Positions 22,869 through 31,904 of a DNA stretch of 64,000 nucleotides are shown here, piece after piece. The stretch is from positions 12,795 through 76,794 of the forward strand of contig JANRLG010000029.1 in assembly GCA_033762835.1 (NCBI GenBank). Direction: 5' to 3'. How positions within the stretch are numbered: position 1 is the first letter of the stretch; each line of letters begins with the position of its first letter. Source of the DNA: Thermoanaerobaculia bacterium. GTDB lineage: Bacteria > Acidobacteriota > Thermoanaerobaculia > Multivoradales > DATKCC01. Both the position numbers and the translations under genes were made by a program. The notes under the pieces are model-generated. The model saw only the letters and a list, made by a program, of their open reading frames with translations. It did not search any database and was not told where the DNA came from.

Positions 22869-23291
22869 ATGACCGAACCGATGGTTTCCGCGGGGACTTT
22901 GCCCTCTGCCGAGGTCCGACGTTTCGTTCGCACAACGGACCCGGCGGACCTGGTGGCGTTGCGGGCGGCGCGAGTGCGGGGGACGGTGGCGCCGGTGGCG
23001 CTACGGATTGAGTCCGTGGCGGAGCGGCTTGCCGACTTTCCGGGCTGGGAGCTGTACCCGGCCGGTCCGGGACTGGCTCGGCTATACCACTTTCCCACCG
23101 GGGGCGACGCGGCGCGGTTCGCGGTGTACGTGGCCGGGCTCCTGGCGGACCTCGAAGCGGAACCGGCCGTCGAGCTTCAGGGCGAGATGGTTTCCGTTCG
23201 GCTGTGGTCCCTGCCGGGTCGGGGTCAAGTGGCCGAACGGGACTTCGACCTCGTGGCGCTGGTCGAAGGCCGCGGGGAGCTGCCGCGGTGA
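22869..23291 (+). CDS. hypothetical protein, possibly a degenerate pterin-4a-carbinolamine dehydratase (DCoH)-like fold
   Basis: AGGAG SD 8 nt upstream. The C-terminal region has a DCoH-like pattern but lacks the catalytic HHP histidines. Confidence 0.4.
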   Translation: MTEPMVSAGTLPSAEVRRFVRTTDPADLVALRAARVRGTVAPVALRIESVAERLADFPGWELYPAGPGLARLYHFPTGGDAARFAVYVAGLLADLEAEPAVELQGEMVSVRLWSLPGRGQVAERDFDLVALVEGRGELPR

Positions 23292-24556
23292 AGCCACCGT
23301 TCCCGCCCCGCTGGCAGGTGCTGCGGCAGCTCGAAGATCGCCTTGGCGACGAGACGGCGCACGCGGCCGGCCGGAGTCTACGGGCGCTCGATCGCGAGAT
23401 TATGGGCCGACGGCTGCACGACCGTGTCGAGCTGGCCGAGGTCGATGTCCTCCTCGAGCGGGCGGCCGAGACCGAGCAGCGGTTCCTCGAGCTGCTGGCG
23501 TTGCCGGCTGGTGAGCGGGAAGGGTGGATCGAAGCGCGGTCTTGGACGTCCGACGCGTTGGCTTTGGGCGAGCGGCTGCTGAGCGAAGCGGACCGGCTGC
23601 CGCTGGTAGCTCGGCTGCCACTCGCGCGGCTGGCGGTGCAGGTGACAATGCGGACTCCGCTCGCGCCTGGCGATGCCCTCTTCAAAGCCCGGGTCGACGA
23701 CGTGCTCGGCCGGGCGCCCTTGCTCGAGGTGCGGGCGCTCCGCCGCCGCGGTCAACTCGAGAAGGCCCATGAGCGGTTCGCCGAGCTGGAGGCTATGTTC
23801 ACGGCGGACCCTGGGGTGCTCTATTTCTGGCTGACGCTCGCGGGCGAGCGGGACTTGACGCTCGGCCTCCTATTGCGCGACGAGGGCAGATGGACCCAAG
23901 CGACGACGGCGCTACACCGGGCCGCGAAGCTCTTTGCCATTGCCGGCACGGAAGAGGACGACTTCGAAGTGCTGCACGCCCAGGTGCGCACGGAGCTGCT
24001 CCAAGGTGACGCGGCCCGCGCCGTCGAGCGGCTCACCCCTGTGCCGAGCTTCCACGAAGCCTTCCGGCGCCGGGCCACCGCCTTCTTGCGCGTGCGTGCG
24101 GCGCGGCGCACGACCTCGGTTCCGCTCGCGCGGCAGTCGCTGCTCGGCCTGCTCGTCGAGCTGGGCACCGGCTGCTCGGACCAAGACCTCGATGCCTTTC
24201 GCATCGCCGAAGCGGCGGTCCAACTCGCCGAGGGGCAGGCCCCCGCCGCCCTCGAGACCGTTGCCGGTCCGGCCGAACGGGTGCGCGCCGAGGGCTTCCT
24301 GCTCGATTCCCTCCGGGCGGCCCTCGTCACCTGCCGGGCCGAGCTGGCCCATCGTCGGCGCGGCGCCGCACAGAAAGCCCTCGCCGCGGGCGTGCTCGAG
24401 CGCTTCTTCGACCTGCCGGACGTCCCTGCTATCCGGAGCGTCCTCGCTGCGGTCAACGAACACGCCGCCAGCCCCCTCGACTTCGCCTTCCTCCAGCGGC
24501 TCGACCTCTGGCTGATCCTCGCTGAGGACAGCCCGGGGGTTGGGCTGCCGGACTAA
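23288..24556 (+). CDS. alpha-helical repeat hypothetical protein
   Basis: GTG start overlaps the upstream stop (GTGA). 422 aa, Leu/Ala/Arg-rich helical repeats. Confidence 0.5.
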   Translation: MKPPFPPRWQVLRQLEDRLGDETAHAAGRSLRALDREIMGRRLHDRVELAEVDVLLERAAETEQRFLELLALPAGEREGWIEARSWTSDALALGERLLSEADRLPLVARLPLARLAVQVTMRTPLAPGDALFKARVDDVLGRAPLLEVRALRRRGQLEKAHERFAELEAMFTADPGVLYFWLTLAGERDLTLGLLLRDEGRWTQATTALHRAAKLFAIAGTEEDDFEVLHAQVRTELLQGDAARAVERLTPVPSFHEAFRRRATAFLRVRAARRTTSVPLARQSLLGLLVELGTGCSDQDLDAFRIAEAAVQLAEGQAPAALETVAGPAERVRAEGFLLDSLRAALVTCRAELAHRRRGAAQKALAAGVLERFFDLPDVPAIRSVLAAVNEHAASPLDFAFLQRLDLWLILAEDSPGVGLPD

Positions 24557-24622
24557 CCCTTTTTTGCGACTACCGGGTTCCTACGAACGATGAGCAGCCG
24601 CCTCTACTTGGAGATTGGAATC

Positions 24623-25120
24623 ATGCACAGACTTCTCCCGGCCCTCTTCCTTGCCTGCTTCGCCCTCGTCCTCGCCCCGGGCGCCTTCGCCCAGGTGACG
24701 GACGGCACCAACATCGGCAACCTCGACCAAGACCGGGCTCGGACCAAAGAGATCCGCGATGCGCGTCAGGTCATTGACGACTACCCGGCGGAGAACTGGC
24801 GGACGGCGGCCTATCTTCTGATCGAGCTGACCCCAAACGAGGACGGCTCGGCAACGTTGACGATTGCGGAGAAGGACCGCTTGAAGCTTCTCGGGATCAA
24901 GAAGGCCGAACCCCAGACGGCGACGAGCTGGCTGGTGGCTGACCCCGATCGGATCAAGCTCCAGGTGAACTACTACCAAACCAAGCAGGAAGTCGCCTGC
25001 TCGGTGCCGAAGAAGCTGCGGGGGCAGGCGGTGACGCTTGGGATCTTCAAGGTCTACGAGTCGCAGGTGGAGTGTTTCGTGCGGCTGGCGGAAGGGCCGG
25101 CCGCGAGCCCCTCGCCGTGA
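24623..25120 (+). CDS. small secreted hypothetical protein
   Basis: Signal peptide MHRLLPALFLACFALVLAPGAFAQ. Located immediately upstream of the RHS gene. Confidence 0.5.
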   Translation: MHRLLPALFLACFALVLAPGAFAQVTDGTNIGNLDQDRARTKEIRDARQVIDDYPAENWRTAAYLLIELTPNEDGSATLTIAEKDRLKLLGIKKAEPQTATSWLVADPDRIKLQVNYYQTKQEVACSVPKKLRGQAVTLGIFKVYESQVECFVRLAEGPAASPSP

Positions 25121-25169
25121 TTCTGGCTTAAATTTTGATCAGTTCTAAATTTCAAGAAGGGGACTCGAC

Positions 25170-28100
25170 ATGTTCGATCGTCTTTCCCGCCACGGCTTTG
25201 GTGCCCTTGTCGGTCTCATTAGCTTCTCCTCGCCGATCGCCCAGGCGCAATCTTCTGCCTGGCCTGTTGATGGATCGAGCCAGGCTTTGCTTCAGCTGCA
25301 GGGTGGTCCCGAGCTGCTGGAGGATTTCGTGTGCAGTAGTAGCTCGGACGGTTTCCAGTACGGCTTCATGGAGCGTGCAGGCAGCAGCTTGGCTGAGTTG
25401 ACATCTCCGTGCTCCTCGGTCGGTCGCTGTGAATTGCCCAAGTCGGAAGGCAGCTTCATAGCCCTGAAACAGGAAAGTTGTAGCCCTGCCACGTCCGCCT
25501 GCGAAGTGCGTCTGTGGGCACCGCTCGAGTTCCCCGGGAACGCCCAGAACTTCACTGGCGGCCGCCCAACGGGGAAACTTTTGTTCTACTCGAGTCCGAC
25601 GGCTTCGAGCTGTGCACCCTGGCCGGGTCCCAGTTGTGGGCAAATCGCCGAGTGCGGATTCTCCGGCGCAAATCAAGTCCAGGCGGACTTCATTTACGCG
25701 TGGATCGAGCGGGGGGGCGTCACCTGTGCCAATGCCGAGACGTTGACCGACGACTTTTCGCTGGCGGCTTGGCAGTGCGTGACTTCGACGGCGAGTTGTC
25801 GCCGCCTGACGCCGGTGAACAGCCTCATCTTCGGTGGCCCGGAGCTGGCGAAGGGCATCGGTTGCCGGCGGGAGATTCCGCCGGATAGCTGCGGGGAAGC
25901 AGAAAACTGCGACCGCTGTCGCGTCGGAGTCGGGCTTGGTGACGGCAAACCCGGATTCGCCGTCGCGGGCGGAGGCCCTGGAGCGACGCTTTACTACCGC
26001 GCCGGAGGAACGGGTTCCCGGTTTACGCCGGGAGAGTCGTCCTGGCGGCAAGAGCTGGGGCGTTCGTGGTCTCACAGCTACGCCGAGCGAATCGTGGTCG
26101 ATCCCGATGACTCCCATGTTTGGCTCTTGACGAAGTCGGGGAGCTTCCGCGAGTGGAGTGGACTTTCCGGGGGGCTCTACACCTCAGTTTTTCCCAGCGA
26201 CGAAAAGCGGACGTTGACCCGCACGGTTGGTGGCTGGGAGCTGCAAGAGCTGGACGGCACGGTCCATGGCTTTGGGTCGGACGGACGCTGGCAGAGCACC
26301 ACGGATCGCTACGGCAACGCCAAAACCGCCACCTACGCGGCGGGTAGGCTGAGCACGGTGAGCTTCCCGGACGGCCGGAGCGAGACGTTCACTTATCACC
26401 CCGACAGCAAGCTGGCCTCGATTGCGGAAGTGGGAGTCGGCGGCAGCCCGACCCGCACCTGGAATTACGTGTGGTCCGGGGACGATCTGATCCGGATCAA
26501 CCGGCCGGATGGCACGGCCTGGCGGTTCCGGTACGCCGCGAACGGGTACCCGGGGTTCATGACCCATCACTACCTCGTCCCCATGACTGGTGCCGAGCGC
26601 GTCATCCAGCGCTGGCGTTACGACCGCGAAGGCAATGTCGTCGAAACGTGGTCCGGGGACGAAACGCCGACCCCGACTTCGCCGAACCGTTGGCAGTTCG
26701 CTTATGACAACCCGGCCGATCCTGCCGTGGTCACGGTGACCGATCCCTTGGGCGTTGCGGCGACGGTCAACCTCGAACGCGAGACTGTCCCAGGGCAGAT
26801 TCGGCCCAAAGCGCGGGTCACTTCTTACTCGGGCGATTGCCCCTCCTGTTCGCTCGGGCCGAACTCCCAACTCGAGTACACAGACCCGGCGAACCCGCTG
26901 CGACCCACCCGCGTCATCGATGGCAAGGGCCACATCACCGATCTCGTGTACGACGACCTCGGCATGGTCACGGAGCGGACGGAGGCCGTGGGAACCGCAG
27001 TCGAGCGCACGACGACATGGACCTACGCCTCGACTTACCCCGCGCTCGTCGCATCGATGACCCAGCCTTCGACCTCGGGAGGGCTCGCAGAGCGGGAGAC
27101 GACTACGGGTTTCGACGCCTCCGGCAATGCTACGACGCGCACCGAAACCGGCATCGAAGGCGGCTCGGCTTTCAGTCACTCGACGATCACGACCTTCAAC
27201 GCTGCCGGCCAGCCGCTGACGATCGACCCTCCGGGGCACGGTACAGCGGACCAGATCAGCTTCACCTACGACCCAGCACGGGGCAATCTGGTGCCGTTGA
27301 CTCGTACCGACCCGATCGGGACGACGACGTACCTCTACGACGCCTTCAACCGCCGGGTGCGGGTGGTGGACGTCAACGGCGTCGCAACCGACACTCAGTA
27401 CGACGACCTCGACCGGGTGGTGAAGACCCTCCAGAGGGCGACGACACCGGCCGATCCGGCAGCTCTTGCCGGTCCGGGTGACCTCGTCACGGAGCATACC
27501 TACGCCCCCCTCGGCGACCTCTACTGCACCAAGTTTCCTAGCGGCAACGCACTCGCCCGGGTCTACGACGCCGCGGGGCGACTGACCGAGGTGCGGCGCG
27601 GAGTGGGCTTGGCGACGATCGGGTCCGTGGCCGCCTGTCTCAATCCGTCTCCGGCGCGCCAGCGTGTGCGTTTCGAATACAACGGCGCTGGCCAGAAGGT
27701 CCTCGAGAGCCAGGACCAGGAGACGACCCCGATCGACAATTGGGTGCGGCGAGCCGCAACAGCCTATGAGTACTCGACCCGTTGCCACCTGGACAAGATG
27801 ATCCAGGCCCCGGGATTGCCCGAAGAATCGGTGACCGAATACGACTACGACTGCAACGGCAACCTCGAGCGTACGTGGGACCCGAACCACCCCTCAGGCG
27901 GGCAAGTGAACCCCGCGACGGCGGTATACACCTACGACGCGCTCGATCGCCTGACCACCCTGACCCAGCCCTGGGGCGGCGCGGGCGGCGGAAATGTGGT
28001 GACGAGTTACGGCTATGACGTGCAAGACCACCTGACAGCCGTCACCGACGGCGAGGGCAGCGTCACGAGCTACGTGTACTCGGACCGCGACTTGATGACC

Positions 28101-30212
28101 TCAGAGCTGTCCCCGGTCTCCGGCACCACGACCCACACCTACGACGAACACGGCCAACTCGTGACCACGACGGACGCTCGCGGGGTCGTGATCGGCCGCA
28201 CCGTGGATGCCACGGACCGCGTAACGCTGGTCGACTACCCCGGCACCGATCTCGACACCACCTACACCTACGGCACCAACCCCGCCGCCTTCGATGTCGG
28301 CCGCCTGGTTTCGATCACCCGCCCGAACGGCACCAGCGTGCCCTACGCCTACGACCGCTTCGGCCGCGTGTTGACCGATGGCGAGATGAGCTTCACCTAC
28401 GACGGCAATGGGAATCGATCGACGATCGGCTATCCTGGTGGCACCGTGGCGTCGTATACCTACGATTACGCCGACCGCCCCACGAGCCTGTCCGTGACGC
28501 CCGCGGGCGGTAGTGCGCAGACGGTGGCCTCCGCCGCCTCGTACCTGCCCTCGGGGCCGTTAACCGCCCTGACGCTCGGCAACACCGTCGTCGAGACGCG
28601 CAGCTTCGATGGCCGCTACCTGCCAACCGCCATCCAAGCTTCGGGCAACCGGCTGACCTGGAACTACACGACCGACGACGTCGGCAACCCGACGGCGATC
28701 ACGCAGACGCAGCCGGCGGCCGAGAGCCGGACCTACGGCTACCAGGACTTCCAGTACTTCCTGACCTCGGGAGTCGGCCCCTGGCCGGGGCCGCTGTCCT
28801 GGACCTACGACCGCATCGGAAACCGGCTGACCGAAACCCGCGGCGCCTTCACGGACAGCTACCAGTACGTCCCGAACGCTGCCACTCCGACCCCAGGCAA
28901 CACGGCGATCCTGGACCAAATCGGCCTCGGTATCGGCGGTACCCGAGACTACGGTTTCGGCCCCGCTGGCCACCTCGACGAGATCGTCTCGGGAGCTGTG
29001 ACGACCGGTTACCAGCACAGCCCCGATGGCCAGCTCACCGACATCGGCACCCTCGGCGCCCGCTCCACGATGACCTACGACGGTCGCGGATTCCTTCGGC
29101 AAGCCGAACAGCCGGCGTTCTCGATCTTCGAGGACAGCTTCGAAACGGTGGATACCTCGTGCTGGAGCGAGACGGTCCCGGATTCCACCGAGTCAAGCCC
29201 CGCGGGCGCCTGCTTCGCTCCTGGAAGTCCAATAACCACCACCGCCACCTACGGCTCCGAGGGCTTGCTCTACTCGCTCTTGCGTTCCAACAGCGAACGC
29301 CACCACGTGCTCTACTTCGCCGGCCGACCGGTCGCACAACTGCGCGTCCCCACGGCCGGAACCGCCACCTTCATCTACCTCACCACCGACCATCTCGGCA
29401 CGCCGATTCTGGCGATGAACCAAGCCGGCTCCACCCTCTGGCGTGGGGGCTTCGAACCCTTCGGCGCGGACTGGAACGGAAGTGCCACGGCAGCCGGGGT
29501 CTTTCTGCGCTTCCCGGGGCAATGGGACGATGGCGCTTGGGCGGGGGTGGGGGCGGCAGAGCTCAGTTACAACCTGCACCGGTGGTACGAGCGGGGCACG
29601 GGGCGGTATGAGCGGGTAGACCCGCTTCATTCTGCCGGAAAGCTCGACTTCGTGTTTGTCAAGAACAGGCCATTGTCACTTATCGACCCCTTAGGGCTAA
29701 AAGAATGCAGTCGGTGCGACCAGTGTCCTTGCGGTGTTTGGCTCTACACCAATCCAGAACTCGAGTTGTTTGCATTCACTGGAGGAGCATCGGGAGGTGC
29801 CCTAGCGTTTAGCTGCGCGTGTAACAGTACTGTTTGCACTGGTCCAGTTAGCTCCGTTACAGGGCTCGGCGGGGCAAGTGTCGGCGGAGGCGTGGTGGCA
29901 AGCGCGGTCTTTAGTGTTGGCATTGCCTGGGATGCATGTAATTCGAGCGACCTCGAAGGGCTTGGAGTGGCCGTCGGTCTGAGCGGCCTAGGTGGGCTCG
30001 GATTTGGATTCGAGGGTGGCTCTTCTCCCTCCTCAGGCGCGCGATTCGCGGACATTGGAGCAGGTGTCGGAGCGGGAGCGGTAACCCGGCTGAGGTTTCC
30101 GCATGTAGGCCCACTCATCTGTAGACGGCAGCCCGTTCCGCCACAAGGCCCACTCCAGCCTGCCTTTTGTGAGACCAATGCCAGTGACCCAGCTTGCTAC
30201 TTCTCGAACTGA
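25170..30212 (+). CDS. Sec-secreted RHS/YD-repeat polymorphic toxin with a Gly/Ser/Thr/Cys-rich glycine-zipper C-terminal toxin domain
   Basis: 1680 aa. Signal peptide, Cys-rich N-terminal domain, many YD repeats (YDxxGRL), RHS core ending in DPLGL near 29.67 kb. C-terminal tail of about 165 aa with GxxxG arrays. Confidence 0.9.
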   Translation: MFDRLSRHGFGALVGLISFSSPIAQAQSSAWPVDGSSQALLQLQGGPELLEDFVCSSSSDGFQYGFMERAGSSLAELTSPCSSVGRCELPKSEGSFIALKQESCSPATSACEVRLWAPLEFPGNAQNFTGGRPTGKLLFYSSPTASSCAPWPGPSCGQIAECGFSGANQVQADFIYAWIERGGVTCANAETLTDDFSLAAWQCVTSTASCRRLTPVNSLIFGGPELAKGIGCRREIPPDSCGEAENCDRCRVGVGLGDGKPGFAVAGGGPGATLYYRAGGTGSRFTPGESSWRQELGRSWSHSYAERIVVDPDDSHVWLLTKSGSFREWSGLSGGLYTSVFPSDEKRTLTRTVGGWELQELDGTVHGFGSDGRWQSTTDRYGNAKTATYAAGRLSTVSFPDGRSETFTYHPDSKLASIAEVGVGGSPTRTWNYVWSGDDLIRINRPDGTAWRFRYAANGYPGFMTHHYLVPMTGAERVIQRWRYDREGNVVETWSGDETPTPTSPNRWQFAYDNPADPAVVTVTDPLGVAATVNLERETVPGQIRPKARVTSYSGDCPSCSLGPNSQLEYTDPANPLRPTRVIDGKGHITDLVYDDLGMVTERTEAVGTAVERTTTWTYASTYPALVASMTQPSTSGGLAERETTTGFDASGNATTRTETGIEGGSAFSHSTITTFNAAGQPLTIDPPGHGTADQISFTYDPARGNLVPLTRTDPIGTTTYLYDAFNRRVRVVDVNGVATDTQYDDLDRVVKTLQRATTPADPAALAGPGDLVTEHTYAPLGDLYCTKFPSGNALARVYDAAGRLTEVRRGVGLATIGSVAACLNPSPARQRVRFEYNGAGQKVLESQDQETTPIDNWVRRAATAYEYSTRCHLDKMIQAPGLPEESVTEYDYDCNGNLERTWDPNHPSGGQVNPATAVYTYDALDRLTTLTQPWGGAGGGNVVTSYGYDVQDHLTAVTDGEGSVTSYVYSDRDLMTSELSPVSGTTTHTYDEHGQLVTTTDARGVVIGRTVDATDRVTLVDYPGTDLDTTYTYGTNPAAFDVGRLVSITRPNGTSVPYAYDRFGRVLTDGEMSFTYDGNGNRSTIGYPGGTVASYTYDYADRPTSLSVTPAGGSAQTVASAASYLPSGPLTALTLGNTVVETRSFDGRYLPTAIQASGNRLTWNYTTDDVGNPTAITQTQPAAESRTYGYQDFQYFLTSGVGPWPGPLSWTYDRIGNRLTETRGAFTDSYQYVPNAATPTPGNTAILDQIGLGIGGTRDYGFGPAGHLDEIVSGAVTTGYQHSPDGQLTDIGTLGARSTMTYDGRGFLRQAEQPAFSIFEDSFETVDTSCWSETVPDSTESSPAGACFAPGSPITTTATYGSEGLLYSLLRSNSERHHVLYFAGRPVAQLRVPTAGTATFIYLTTDHLGTPILAMNQAGSTLWRGGFEPFGADWNGSATAAGVFLRFPGQWDDGAWAGVGAAELSYNLHRWYERGTGRYERVDPLHSAGKLDFVFVKNRPLSLIDPLGLKECSRCDQCPCGVWLYTNPELELFAFTGGASGGALAFSCACNSTVCTGPVSSVTGLGGASVGGGVVASAVFSVGIAWDACNSSDLEGLGVAVGLSGLGGLGFGFEGGSSPSSGARFADIGAGVGAGAVTRLRFPHVGPLICRRQPVPPQGPLQPAFCETNASDPACYFSN

Positions 30213-30219
30213 GAAAAAA

Positions 30220-30492
30220 ATGACACCCATCATCAGGAAGTCTTTCCAGTTCGGACTTCTCGCCTTCTTCGCGATCAGCGTCGCCCTCGGCTTCGCCCGG
30301 GAGGGACCAATATCTCTTGTAGTTGGGATATTGGTTGGCACGGGAGTCTTCCTAGTTAGCATGATGCGGCCGAGAATTGACCGAGCAGAAGGAAGTCTTA
30401 GTGAGCAACCGGTGCCTTCGTCGGTCTTGGCTGGAGGAGTTGTGCTGCTAGTGGTGATTGGAGCCGCATTGGCTCTGGTCATCAGTTGTTGA
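30220..30492 (+). CDS. small 3-TM membrane protein (candidate immunity protein for the RHS C-terminal toxin domain)
   Basis: Starts 8 nt after the RHS stop. About 90 aa with three hydrophobic helices. Confidence 0.5.
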   Translation: MTPIIRKSFQFGLLAFFAISVALGFAREGPISLVVGILVGTGVFLVSMMRPRIDRAEGSLSEQPVPSSVLAGGVVLLVVIGAALALVISC

Positions 30493-31031
30493 CCTCGCCG
30501 TCGCCTCGGCCGACTTCGGGAGCGGAGTTTCGGCAGGCCAGACGAGCGGGAGAACCCGTTTGCCTATGCGAAGTCTCGGACTACGGTCTTCGTCGACTGG
30601 CAGGGACTCGAATGCAGCAAGGCCCGGGCGAGACTTGGGTGGGATATGGAGCCAAGGCAGACGCTCTCGTGGGAGCGGGGCTATCAATCGGAGGGAATCT
30701 CGCTCTCTACCGCTTCTCTTGCCTGTCGGCAAACCTGAAATGCGATGTGTTCGTCGCATGCGGGAAGTTCCTCGGATTAGGAGCATCACTCTCGTTGACC
30801 GGCGTGGGAGTTGCGGCCTTCAACGCAGAGTGCGCAAGTGACTTAGAAGGGCTTTCGCTAGGTGGTGACGCTGACATTGGGATTGGAGGCGCAATTTCTG
30901 CAGGAGCATCGATCTCGACATCGACGGACCCATCGCTGGTGCTCTCGGTTGAGGGTGGCGTGGGCATAGGTGCGAGTACAGGCGTTACTGTGTGCGGCGG
31001 CACCGTAATAACTTGTCGAAAGGGAGGCTAG
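30486..31031 (+). CDS. orphan RHS C-terminal toxin cassette, homologous to the C-terminal toxin domain of the upstream RHS (start uncertain, possibly ATG near 30612)
   Basis: FSCLSANLKCDVFVACGKFLGLG...NAECASDLEGLSLGGD aligns to the RHS tail FSCACNSTVCTGPVSSVTGLGG...WDACNSSDLEGLGVAVG. It retains an ECxxC junction remnant and has no YD repeats. Confidence 0.55.
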   Translation: MLTSPSPRPTSGAEFRQARRAGEPVCLCEVSDYGLRRLAGTRMQQGPGETWVGYGAKADALVGAGLSIGGNLALYRFSCLSANLKCDVFVACGKFLGLGASLSLTGVGVAAFNAECASDLEGLSLGGDADIGIGGAISAGASISTSTDPSLVLSVEGGVGIGASTGVTVCGGTVITCRKGG

Positions 31032-31038
31032 CGTGATC
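31021..31038 (+). repeat. 18-bp cassette-junction direct repeat AGGGAGGCTAGCGTGATC, copy 1 (stop TAG, SD, and GTG start in one unit)
   Basis: Identical 18-mer recurs at 31774-31791. Both copies end an ORF in GG* and open a GTG reading frame (MIVSLVV... versus truncated VIISLETLR*). Confidence 0.7.
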
Positions 31039-31344
31039 GTCTCGCTGGTTGTCTTCGTCTTCGTATTCTTGGTCTGGGCGCTCGTCTTAAGTAGTAGCGG
31101 GTCGATTTCGAGGGTCGACAAGCATGGTTTTTTGTTCCGGCCAATTCTAGACAGTGAGACTTACTATGCCCTGTCTACGTTCCGTCTGCCGGTGAGCGAG
31201 GAACGAAATGGTTGGAGACGGATTCTCCTGCCCTTCTCTGATAAACGCTTCCTGAGGCTGAGGAGCAGAATATGCGTATTCCTGAGAGATTCCGACATCG
31301 ACCGAGACTTCCTAAGCTTGGTATCGAAGCGTGGTCCACATTAG
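31033..31344 (+). CDS. small membrane protein (candidate immunity protein for the orphan toxin)
   Basis: GTG start 1 nt after the upstream TAG, inside the conserved junction repeat. N-terminal TM. Confidence 0.45.
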   Translation: MIVSLVVFVFVFLVWALVLSSSGSISRVDKHGFLFRPILDSETYYALSTFRLPVSEERNGWRRILLPFSDKRFLRLRSRICVFLRDSDIDRDFLSLVSKRGPH

Positions 31345-31424
31345 AGGAGCTAGCTCTGAAGCCTCACAAGTGAAGGCAGAAGCAGCTCCATTTTTCGACC
31401 GTTGAGGCTGCTGAAGGGTGAGTC

Positions 31425-31784
31425 GTGGAAATAAACCTAGTAAAAACCGATCCGTTCTACCGCCACACTTTGATCTGCATTGGAAGCCTGGCGGCGGTGG
31501 CGTGGCCGTTCGCGATCTTCACGCCAAGGCAGATGACTGCTGCCGGAGAGGCCCTCTTCTTCGCTGGCATCGTTGCTGTCCTTGGCCACCACGTCTTCCT
31601 GTTTAGGCTAGCAGGGCAGTGCAAGGGCCTAAGCCCAACCGAAGCCCAGTCTCTCCGTAAGTCGATCCTCTTCTTCGGCCCGGCTGGAGTCGTCGATTTC
31701 CTTTGGCGGGTCTTCCGAACGCCGGACCGAGATTCGGCAGGGGAAAGCCCAGAGAGCCGGCACCCTCGGCGAGAGGGAGGCTAG
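31425..31784 (+). CDS. small 3-TM membrane protein (orphan immunity-like)
   Basis: 119 aa with three hydrophobic helices. Ends in ...REGG* inside the second copy of the junction repeat. Confidence 0.45.
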   Translation: MEINLVKTDPFYRHTLICIGSLAAVAWPFAIFTPRQMTAAGEALFFAGIVAVLGHHVFLFRLAGQCKGLSPTEAQSLRKSILFFGPAGVVDFLWRVFRTPDRDSAGESPESRHPRREGG

Positions 31785-31791
31785 CGTGATC
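31774..31791 (+). repeat. 18-bp cassette-junction direct repeat, copy 2
   Basis: See copy 1. The downstream GTG ORF is truncated after 9 codons. Confidence 0.7.
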
Positions 31792-31904
31792 ATCTCACTT
31801 GAGACGCTGAGGTAGAGAACGACAATCGAAAAGCATTGAGCCGGTAAAACTAGTCGCTGGCTCAGGGACGGGATCCGGACTAGTCGCGAGATTGGAGGTC
31901 AGTT

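Noticed and set aside
22253-23011. 252-aa plus ORF overlapping the XRE regulator
   Set aside because: Antisense to the HTH-containing gene, with no motifs. The downstream real gene starts at 22869 in another frame with a good SD.
31033-31784. Calling the small membrane ORFs LanI/LanFEG-type lanthipeptide immunity proteins
   Set aside because: They sit directly after RHS-type toxin domains and inside the junction-repeat cassette, upstream of the candidate lanA. Toxin-cognate immunity is the better-supported interpretation. A role in lanthipeptide immunity cannot be inferred from sequence.
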